Source: Candidatus Woesebacteria bacterium
Lineage (GTDB): Bacteria; Patescibacteriota; Microgenomatia; UBA8517
Length of the DNA stretch: 64,000 nucleotides
Direction: 5' to 3'
Assembly: GCA_016700095.1 (NCBI GenBank)
Contig: CP065002.1
Span: 996,145 to 1,060,144, forward strand
The notes under the pieces were generated by a model that saw nothing but the letters and a program-made list of their open reading frames with translations, was not told the DNA's origin and did no database searches. Below, one piece after another: positions 49,520 to 57,290 of the stretch (positions within the stretch are counted from its first letter, which is position 1; each line of letters begins with the position of its first letter). The position numbers and the translations under genes are program-made.

Positions 49520-49545
49520 AAAAAAAACTCCCTTTCGGGAGTTTC
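49520..49545 (-). terminator. Intrinsic terminator downstream of greA
   Basis: Minus strand GAAACTCCC-GAAA-GGGAGTTT followed by TTTTTTT. A second, weaker hairpin plus T-tract lies at about 49551..49595. Confidence 0.6.
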
Positions 49546-49664
49546 TCAACGCAAAAAAGACAAACTCCCGTCAGGAAGATGTCTTGTCCTTAGATTGTGA
49601 GTTTATTATATTTAACATTCAGGGTAATTTACATAAAAAATGATCTAGCGTCAACCGCCTAAAA

Positions 49665-50135
49665 TTAATCAATTGCCAGAACTTCATAGACGACTTTGCC
49701 TGCCGGTGCATCAACATCAACTTTTTCTCCGACTTTCCGACCAACCAAGGCTTGGCCAAGAGGAGACGCGTGAGAAATTTTTTTCTGCATCGGATCCGCT
49801 TCCCATTCTCCGACGATATGAAAGACCACTTCTTTTTCGTTAACTTTAAGTTTGACGCTCGTTCCAATAGCAACTCCATTAGTAATCGCCGAATCATCAA
49901 TAATGCTTGCGTTTTTTATCACATACTCTAATTCCTCGATTCTTCCGTCTAAAAACCCAAGCTCTTCCCGTGCGCTGTGATAGTTACTATTTTCTTTCAA
50001 ATCACCATCTGCACGCGCACCAGCCAATCTCTCGACCAATTTTGGACGTTTGAGATTTACTAATTCATTCAGTTCTTTTTTAAGCGAACTTAGACCTTTG
50101 TCGGTCAATTGTATATTTTGATTATTTTGATTCAT
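49665..50135 (-). CDS. greA: Transcription elongation factor GreA
   Basis: N-terminal coiled coil (LTDKGLSSLKKELNEL) and a C-terminal FKBP-like domain. 156 aa. Confidence 0.8.
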   Translation of the reverse strand: MNQNNQNIQLTDKGLSSLKKELNELVNLKRPKLVERLAGARADGDLKENSNYHSAREELGFLDGRIEELEYVIKNASIIDDSAITNGVAIGTSVKLKVNEKEVVFHIVGEWEADPMQKKISHASPLGQALVGRKVGEKVDVDAPAGKVVYEVLAID

Positions 50136-50225
50136 ATATTTCTCTTCATACCACCTTACAAAGCATCCATATGCTTAATGTTGGAATAATAAGAGGGGGG
50201 TTAATTTTTTACTTCTGTTATTAAA

Positions 50226-50252
50226 CCAAGCAAATCATTAAATTTTGCTTGG
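50226..50252 (-). terminator. Strong hairpin between carD-like and greA (possible terminator or attenuator)
   Basis: CCAAGCAAA-tcattaaat-TTTGCTTGG: a 9-bp stem. The minus-strand downstream sequence is T-rich but is not a clean U-tract. Confidence 0.35.
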
Positions 50253-50319
50253 ATTTAGTCTGATTAATAACTTTGGGCATAGCAGGTATTCTACTACCTA
50301 TATATGGTATTTGTCAATA

Positions 50320-50832
50320 CTACGCGGCTAATTTTTCAAGTGCAGCGCGTATTTTACTGTCCGTTTTTTCAGGTGTTATGTCAATAACGAGCGCCAATTC
50401 CTCAACAAGTCTCGATGTAGACAATTCAAACATATCTTTTTTACTTTTACTAAACGTCTCACTTGTTACCTTCTCCATCCAAAGGCTCCTGAGTATCCGT
50501 ACCGTAGTATGTGGATCATTTTCACCCAAAGCTTGCTTTACAGTATCTATGTCTGTTGCAATTTGGTCATCAAGTGCTTCGGAAAGTTTTTTCATTATCA
50601 TTTTTGCATCATCCCGCGACATAGGTTCTCTGATATTCGTTTGTCCGATGCTGTTTTCCGGAATGGAGCAAATCATGCCTTTGTTCTCAGGCGATTTATA
50701 GTAAGGTCTAAAATGCAAAATGCGAATCGGTTGTCCTTCGGAATCAGTTTTATTCTCAATTTTAAATATTCTAAAAACTTGACCAAATTCTACCAGCTTA
50801 TCACCCACCTTATAATGTTTAACTTCACTCAT
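50320..50832 (-). CDS. CarD/CdnL-family RNA-polymerase-interacting transcription regulator
   Basis: N-terminal YKVGDKLVEFGQVFRI matches the CarD_CdnL_TRCF Tudor-like domain. 170 aa. Confidence 0.55.
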   Translation of the reverse strand: MSEVKHYKVGDKLVEFGQVFRIFKIENKTDSEGQPIRILHFRPYYKSPENKGMICSIPENSIGQTNIREPMSRDDAKMIMKKLSEALDDQIATDIDTVKQALGENDPHTTVRILRSLWMEKVTSETFSKSKKDMFELSTSRLVEELALVIDITPEKTDSKIRAALEKLAA

Positions 50833-51009
50833 GGTAACTCAACAAAAATCACATTCTTTCCAACTAATTTCTCAATGAACAAGTACATTATAGCACATTT
50901 TGATCACATCTGTTTGGTCCAAACTGATACATCTAACTAAGGTACTCATGTGAACACACAAAGGTTTTAGTAAGTTTTTTGTAAATATATAAATACTGTA
51001 AAATAAATT

Positions 51010-51513
51010 ATGAAAATAACCGTTAGTGTAAATGATAATATGCAAAAAAATTACACATATTATCTAACCGAGCCTGTTGGGAAAAATTTTGATCCCGATT
51101 TTACACCGGAATTGACACCCAAAGACATGTTGGAGCTAGGAGTATTTGGGGGCAAATATATGACCGACTGTACAGACGAATTTCCGCAAGATTGGTTTAT
51201 CAAAGCAAAACTATCACCTCACAAAAAAGATATCTCACTAAATTACTTTGGAGTCGATGCCAGTCAATCACTTGCATTTTGGCAACGAAAGGGCTGGATA
51301 AACAAAAATGACCCACGGGGTTGGTTTCAGTGGTACTGCAGATATTACATGGGCCGGAGAACTTTAGACGACGATAGGCAAATCAAAAGATGGAAAGCCG
51401 TTAAACGCCATATCGCTCAGCTTAAGAAAAATTGCGCCAAACACAATTTGTCATGCCGCCCGCGACAACGACAAGCACTACTCCATTGGGCGTATGATTC
51501 AAGAAAGTTATGA
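51010..51513 (+). CDS. Hypothetical Trp/Tyr/Arg-rich protein of unknown function
   Basis: 167 aa. Distinctive GWINKNDPRGWFQWYCRYYMGRR...RQIKRWKAVKRH segment. No family recognised. Confidence 0.45.
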   Translation: MKITVSVNDNMQKNYTYYLTEPVGKNFDPDFTPELTPKDMLELGVFGGKYMTDCTDEFPQDWFIKAKLSPHKKDISLNYFGVDASQSLAFWQRKGWINKNDPRGWFQWYCRYYMGRRTLDDDRQIKRWKAVKRHIAQLKKNCAKHNLSCRPRQRQALLHWAYDSRKL

Positions 51514-51652
51514 TGATTCACATACACAAAATGTTTGGTAGCTTCAAGAAGTATTGTTTTTTATCTACAGATAATTATTGGCTCGCCTTTATTGGAATTA
51601 ATTTGATGCAACAAACACCTATGCGGTTACAAAACTAATCATCAAATGACGT

Positions 51653-51748
51653 CCTCTACCGACAATAGTCGGTAGCATCCGTCTTCTATTAAGGATTCGA
51701 TCTACAACCACTGATTGAAATCAGTGGTTGTAGACTTAACGAGAATAA
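51653..51748. repeat. Structured ~95-nt repeat element, copy 1
   Basis: CTCTACCGAC-aata-GTCGGTAG hairpin, then TCTACAACCACTGATT-gaa-AATCAGTGGTTGTAGA (16-bp stem), then GACTTAACGAGAATAA. About 90% identical to copy 2. Confidence 0.7.
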
Positions 51749-51857
51749 CCAAATATTAAATTAAGTCGATTAATCAACCAAGGTGACATCTGGTCACAGA
51801 TGACAAAATACGGTAACGGGTTTATAATCAAATCTCTATTTGCTTTAGAGTTTTACC

Positions 51858-53129
51858 ATGTCAATCGCACTATTGTCGCTTGCGGCTTTGTTGTTCGTAA
51901 TAATAATAAGCTGTGTAATTCAAAGGTTAAATCCCGGATTGTTATCATTATTGGCTACTTTAATTATTGGCACGTATGTAGCAAAACTGCCGCTCAATGA
52001 TTTAATTAAAACTTTCCCCATCTATTTATTTTTATTACTCATTTCAATGGGTATAATATTCGGGGTTGCTCAAAGCAATAAAAGCATGCACGTGCTTACT
52101 TTTAAAGCAATAAATTTGATACGGGGGAGAACCTTACTTTTACCGATTCTTTTTTTTCTTCTAGCTTTTGGTATTTCGGCTGCTGGTCCTGGAAATATCG
52201 CAAGTGTTGCTCTACTTGCTCCACTTGCCCTACCACTTGCAAAACAATACAAGGTTTCATCTTTGATAACCACAATCATGATCTGCACCGGTGCAAATGC
52301 AGGAGCGTTTTCTCCATTTTCGCCAACGGGTATTGTTGCTATTGGTTTAATGCATAAAATCAGTATTGACGAACAACTAATCTGGGTCGTGTTTATCGCT
52401 GCAGCTTTATTACAAAGCGTCTCAGCATTAGTCGCGTATTCTTTTTTCCTATTACGATCAAAAAGGCGTGGATTTAAAGAAACAGAGAACGAAAACACAA
52501 CAAACAACAACGCTAAATTAGACAAACGACAAAAAATGACTTTAGGGTTTATCGCCTTATTAATTATTTTGGTAACAGTTTTCAAAGTACAACTTCTTAT
52601 TGCTTCCGTATCGATTGCGGTACTTATGTTTATTTTTGATCTTGCCGACGAAGAGAAAGTGCTTAAAAAACTTCCTTGGAGTACGATTTTAATGGTAACG
52701 GGAATTGCAATTCTAATTGGTTTGCTTGAAAAAACCGGCGGTTTAGATATTGCAACAACGTTTATTGCAACAAATACCAATCCCAAAATGGTTAATGGTG
52801 TCTTGGCAACAGTCACCGGAGTTGTTTCTGCTTACAGTTCATCTTCCGGAGTGGTAATGCCGGCCTTCATTCCATTGATTCCCAAACTTGCAATGCAAAT
52901 GGGCATTATCAACATGGTTCCAATGGTTATTGCAGTCGCCGTAGGATCACATATGGTTGACGTTAGTCCACTATCCACGCTTGGAGCTTTATGTATTGCA
53001 GCGATTGACTCAAAGACTGAACGTACACGAGTTTTTAGATTGGTAATGATGTGGGGACTTGCGATGTCTTTAGTTGGCGGATTACTTGCCTATCTTTTTC
53101 TCGACATCGGGTATAACTTAATCTTCTAA
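51858..53129 (+). CDS. Polytopic ion-transporter-superfamily permease (ArsB/NhaD/CitMHS-like; family uncertain)
   Basis: 423 aa with about 11-12 TM helices and Gly/Pro-rich re-entrant-loop-like segments (GPGNIASVALLAPLALPLA; SSSGVVMPAFIPLIP). Confidence 0.5.
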   Translation: MSIALLSLAALLFVIIISCVIQRLNPGLLSLLATLIIGTYVAKLPLNDLIKTFPIYLFLLLISMGIIFGVAQSNKSMHVLTFKAINLIRGRTLLLPILFFLLAFGISAAGPGNIASVALLAPLALPLAKQYKVSSLITTIMICTGANAGAFSPFSPTGIVAIGLMHKISIDEQLIWVVFIAAALLQSVSALVAYSFFLLRSKRRGFKETENENTTNNNAKLDKRQKMTLGFIALLIILVTVFKVQLLIASVSIAVLMFIFDLADEEKVLKKLPWSTILMVTGIAILIGLLEKTGGLDIATTFIATNTNPKMVNGVLATVTGVVSAYSSSSGVVMPAFIPLIPKLAMQMGIINMVPMVIAVAVGSHMVDVSPLSTLGALCIAAIDSKTERTRVFRLVMMWGLAMSLVGGLLAYLFLDIGYNLIF

Positions 53130-53177
53130 TTAATCTTATTATCCGTGGATATCGAAAGTAATTTAAACAATACTACT

Positions 53178-54302
53178 TTATGCCTTAGAAGTGTTAACGA
53201 TACTTTGACGCTTTGAATGTTTCAATCCATTTGAGCCATTCTTTTCTTCCCAATCACCCGACTGTTGCGAGAGAATTGAAAAAAGCGAACATTCCCTTAT
53301 GTCTTTTGCATTTAAGATAAATTGCATCACCCTCTCACTCCCAATTCCGTACCCCGCGTGCGGTTTTGTTTTTCCCGCCATAATAATGTCTTCCAAATAC
53401 CAGGTAAAATCGCTATATGTTCCGCCTCTTTTTTTGTGAAGATCAAACATTGTTGAGGTGATTAATCTTTCCTTGAGTTTTTTCCCATCATGTTCGCGCA
53501 CCGCAGACCCGACCGCTTCACCGGCGTTTGGTAAAATTAGATCTGCGCTAAGGACAACCTTGGGATCGTCCTGCGATACTTTCATGTTAAAAAATTTAAT
53601 TTCTTTCGGATAATGTGTAATAAATACCGGAATCTGTCGCCCACTTTCTTTCTGGTTACCGTTTAATATATCGACTACTTTTTGCTCATGTTCCGCTTTT
53701 AAATCATCGCCAAAAGCTAAACTTGTAAATCCTGACCATTTAAGTAAAATAACCGCCTCCGAATAAGGAATTTGATAAAAGGGTTTTTGTGTTACTGTCT
53801 TTAACCAACCAGTATCCAGATTGTAGACAGTCTCAAGTTCGTGAGAGCACGACGCAACTACATTTGATACTAGTGCTTTGACAGCCGACTCCACATGCGA
53901 TAAAAGTGTTGTAAACATTTTATTCTCACTGTAATTTGCCAAACTCATTCCCGCTATCGTGCAATCAAATTCCTCCTCCACTAATCTAAACTGCCTCAAA
54001 TGCCTTACGTCTTCTGTTTCTTCGTCACGACCACTGTGGATTATCGTATAAACTCCGGGGAAATATTGTAGCGACTGTTCCAATGATAACTGTCCTGTCT
54101 GTGTAAAAAACAATGGAAGGTTTAGTCTATTTCCAACTTTAAATAGTGTATCGACATTTTCGCAAGCTCCCGTAATTCCCACAATTTCGGGGACATCTAC
54201 ATATGTAAGCCCTGTTTTTCGATAATGATCATGAATTGCATAATTGATACTGGAGTTTATTTTTATCAGAGTGGGCAGTTTACAGCTTACTTTATTCGAC
54301 AT
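53178..54302 (-). CDS. Stand-alone class II aminoacyl-tRNA-synthetase-like catalytic core (AsnA-type asparagine synthetase / AsxRS paralog)
   Basis: Motif-2-like LRQFRLVEEEF and motif-3-like AGYGIGSERVMQFIL. No anticodon-binding domain. 374 aa. Confidence 0.45.
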   Translation of the reverse strand: MSNKVSCKLPTLIKINSSINYAIHDHYRKTGLTYVDVPEIVGITGACENVDTLFKVGNRLNLPLFFTQTGQLSLEQSLQYFPGVYTIIHSGRDEETEDVRHLRQFRLVEEEFDCTIAGMSLANYSENKMFTTLLSHVESAVKALVSNVVASCSHELETVYNLDTGWLKTVTQKPFYQIPYSEAVILLKWSGFTSLAFGDDLKAEHEQKVVDILNGNQKESGRQIPVFITHYPKEIKFFNMKVSQDDPKVVLSADLILPNAGEAVGSAVREHDGKKLKERLITSTMFDLHKKRGGTYSDFTWYLEDIIMAGKTKPHAGYGIGSERVMQFILNAKDIRECSLFSILSQQSGDWEEKNGSNGLKHSKRQSIVNTSKA

Positions 54303-54312
54303 GTTTTAGTTC

Positions 54313-54340
54313 AAAAAAAAAGAGCCATCGGCTCTTTTTA
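54313..54340 (-). terminator. Intrinsic terminator, bidirectional in form
   Basis: AAAAAAAA-AGAGCC-atc-GGCTCT-TTTTAT. On the minus strand the hairpin is followed by T9. It lies downstream of 54505..56856. Confidence 0.55.
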
Positions 54341-54504
54341 TATACGACTATTATTAATAGTCCAAAAGTTATCTTTCTTCAAAATCTTTTTCATCTTTCC
54401 TAACTATTAAATTTATCAACACACCATATAAATTGTCAACTATGTAAATTAACTTGAACAAATTTAAATACACAAGATTTTAAATGGAGAAATAACTTAG
54501 AAAT

Positions 54505-56856
54505 TTAATTTACACATTTACATCTAGTCCAGTCCGCCACAATTCCGGAGCAGGTATTTGATCCGGCAGAGTACATGATTTGCGTACACGTAGCAATACC
54601 GCCAGACAGCGGGAGTAACTGACAACCTTGCGATGTACGATCGTAGTACTTTCCATTTATTCCCAGGGAGTCAGTACCAATAGACGTACACGTCAGTCCT
54701 ATCGAATTACACCTGGTGTTGCAGTTCTGATTAGTGCCGGAATTCAATATGACTTGCGGTTGCGGTGTTGGCGGAACCGGTGTTAACGTTGGGGGAACTG
54801 GAGTCAATGTGGGCGGTACTGGTGTTAACGTTGGGGGGATTGGAGTTGGGGTTTGGTTGTCATCAACTGTTACTCTGAATGTTGCCGTATCAAACTGTCC
54901 AAATTCATCGGTCACTTTTACTACAAAAGTATTCAAGCCAACAGCTGACAAAGGTACCGACGAAGAAACCATCAATCCATTACTGCTTCCATCCAAAGTC
55001 AACCAACTTGGGCCAGACACAATACTATAAATGTCGGTATACGGATTCTCATCTATTACATGAGGCACTAAGTAATATGAGTAGAAACTTCCAACTGTAC
55101 CATTGTATGAGGATATAATTGGATCAGCATTGAAATATGGTGCAGCATTAGGCACAGTGGTTGGAGTAGGAGTAGGAGTAATAGGACTTGGTGCAACATT
55201 ACATTTCGCACCAAGATTGTAGGTATGAATAGCGGAGGGTTGTGGATTAGCAGCCGGGGACAAATTTATGTCCAAATTCAGTTGCTGATAAATATTATAA
55301 GTATTATACGGCGGATAACTTAAGTCTGTGTAAGATCTCAAATTACTTGCGTAGTATGTTGAACCATCCCTGGCAACATAAAAAGTAATAATTGCGTTAC
55401 GATAATTATCAATAGAAATTCTTGGCACATTCACGGTGTATTGTGTATTTGAAGTTTGAATCACAACTTGACTGGGATCCAACACGAGATCAGGATGAGC
55501 ACCATCATTGTAAGTTCTAAAACTAAGTGTTAGATAGTTTGTCGATGCATTGGTAATCAATGGGGTATAAACACCGTTATAATAATCTCCATATACTTTA
55601 TCAGTACCCTCAAGGAAGGTGCTGTTGTCGCTCATTTTTCCACCAACGAAAATGCGAACTCCCTGATAATTTGCAGGATTAACAGGATACACGTTTACCA
55701 CATTATTCAATGCCAGAGAAACTTGTGAAGCAACAGTTGCATGACATGTGTTTTCTGCAGGAGGTGCTATCACACTAATATTTGTCGGTGAAACGACTGA
55801 GTAATCTACTAAATCAATCTCGTTACAAACACTTCCATTGCAACTGGCTTCTTTTAAATAATGACTAGACCCTGTAGAAAAATTTGTATCCAAACTTATA
55901 GGATAACTTCCCGGAGTTGCATTATTGGCATTGAGAAAGTAATAAATGATTGGATCTGCCTCTACATCGTAAAGATTTAAATATCCAGAATCAACATAAG
56001 CTGATGTGAGAATTTTCGACACCTCAGGGGTAACACTGTAATGCATACTACCATTTATATAATTTTTTGTACCTGCATATGACATGTAAGTAAATGCGTT
56101 TGTATTTATGTTGAAATGGTCGACAAATCTTGTAACTCTATGGGCACTAGTTCCAGGCTCGGTAATATAGAGAGGAATATGAAACCGATCACCTTGCGCG
56201 ATCGTAACTCCCCTGACTCCCAGCTGTACAGTAGCATTAGGCTGTTTAGTTAAAACTAACTGTGGAGCTGTTTTTGTCTCTCGTGAAGAGTAAGTCGCAC
56301 TACCGTTTGACAGTGTCTCAAGTAAAAAGATCACTCTAAAGGCATCATTTTTTTGTACAACCTCGGATACATCCAATTCAACATAACCGTCGACACTCTT
56401 TTTAGTGTTATCAATAGTTCCGATTAATTTTACCGGATAGGAATCAATTACCTTTAAATTATTGTCTGTTTCTTTCACGCTCCCACCTAATTCATATACG
56501 TTAACAGTTGCAAGATCTGATTTGACTAGCTTAAGACGAAGTACGGCTGTAGTTTTTTGGTCACCGGTTGGCACATCGAATCCGATGACTACTTTTGATT
56601 TCGCATAGGCTGTTGATGATACAACCAAAGTAGTCGATGTCCCGGAATTTATTTTAGGTGGATTGTTATATAAAGTTACATCAAACTTGGGATTATACTT
56701 GCCAGCCAGAGCGGCACGTGTTGATAAATCTGTTGGACGAGATACTATCCATACTGAAACAAACAATGAAAAAATCAGAAGAAATGGCGTAACCAATTTC
56801 AGGTATTTGGATTTGTTAATCCATTCACCAGAAAAAAATACGCCTAACCGCTTCAT
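54505..56856 (-). CDS. Large surface protein A: N-terminal signal-anchor, beta-rich body, (PTLTPVP)n linker, C-terminal Cys-rich domain
   Basis: 783 aa. Its N-terminus (MKRLGVFFSGEWINKSKYLKLVTPFLLIFSLFVSVW) is paralogous to that of 57291..59189. The C-terminal domain has about 12 Cys. Confidence 0.6.
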   Translation of the reverse strand: MKRLGVFFSGEWINKSKYLKLVTPFLLIFSLFVSVWIVSRPTDLSTRAALAGKYNPKFDVTLYNNPPKINSGTSTTLVVSSTAYAKSKVVIGFDVPTGDQKTTAVLRLKLVKSDLATVNVYELGGSVKETDNNLKVIDSYPVKLIGTIDNTKKSVDGYVELDVSEVVQKNDAFRVIFLLETLSNGSATYSSRETKTAPQLVLTKQPNATVQLGVRGVTIAQGDRFHIPLYITEPGTSAHRVTRFVDHFNINTNAFTYMSYAGTKNYINGSMHYSVTPEVSKILTSAYVDSGYLNLYDVEADPIIYYFLNANNATPGSYPISLDTNFSTGSSHYLKEASCNGSVCNEIDLVDYSVVSPTNISVIAPPAENTCHATVASQVSLALNNVVNVYPVNPANYQGVRIFVGGKMSDNSTFLEGTDKVYGDYYNGVYTPLITNASTNYLTLSFRTYNDGAHPDLVLDPSQVVIQTSNTQYTVNVPRISIDNYRNAIITFYVARDGSTYYASNLRSYTDLSYPPYNTYNIYQQLNLDINLSPAANPQPSAIHTYNLGAKCNVAPSPITPTPTPTTVPNAAPYFNADPIISSYNGTVGSFYSYYLVPHVIDENPYTDIYSIVSGPSWLTLDGSSNGLMVSSSVPLSAVGLNTFVVKVTDEFGQFDTATFRVTVDDNQTPTPIPPTLTPVPPTLTPVPPTLTPVPPTPQPQVILNSGTNQNCNTRCNSIGLTCTSIGTDSLGINGKYYDRTSQGCQLLPLSGGIATCTQIMYSAGSNTCSGIVADWTRCKCVN
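54765..54862 (-). repeat. About 4 tandem copies of a 24-nt unit encoding the PTLTPVPP linker
   Basis: Plus strand: ggcggaaccggtgttaacgttggg repeated with minor variation. The mirror ORF reads GGTGVNVGG x3. Confidence 0.7.
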
Positions 56857-57191
56857 ATATTACTAATAATGATTTGTCGTTTAATTAATGTCAATGGTTC
56901 ATTTAATTTGCACCTTAAGAAATATAGGTTGAACAATAGATGGGCATGCCACAAGAATCTGTGTTTTTCTGAAAGATGTTTCAAAAGAGTTTATTCACTC
57001 CTTCGCGTAAATCACACTTATAGGCACAATTTTTTTACGAAGTATGTACAAAAATCCATCAACGTTAACCACATCAATTTGGATATATATTTAATCAAAC
57101 TCTAAGGGGATATTATTTTCAACCCCATTAAACTACCAAGGTGTCACAAAAACAACGCTACCCCAAAATGAGAAATATTGTTAGGAATGAT

Positions 57192-57287
57192 TCTCTACCG
57201 ACTTTAGTCGGTAGTATCCGTCTTATGTTAAAGATTCGATCTAAAACCACTGATTGAAATCAGTGGTTTTAGACTTAACGAGAATAA
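57192..57287. repeat. Structured ~95-nt repeat element, copy 2
   Basis: Same two hairpins and tail as copy 1. The long stem carries a compensatory change (5' arm CTAAAACC / 3' arm GGTTTTAG, versus CTACAACC / GGTTGTAG in copy 1). It ends 3 nt before the stop codon of 57291..59189. Confidence 0.7.
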
Positions 57288-57290
57288 AAA

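Noticed and set aside
51653-51748. Structured repeat interpreted as a simple Rho-independent terminator or a tRNA
   Set aside because: There is no U-tract after either hairpin in either orientation, and no cloverleaf or anticodon arm. The GGATTCGATC segment only superficially resembles a T-loop.
54734-55118. Plus-strand ORFs reading GGTGVNVGG repeats, and neighbouring ORFs inside the surface-protein gene
   Set aside because: They are mirror images of the PT tandem repeats on the coding minus strand, not independent genes.
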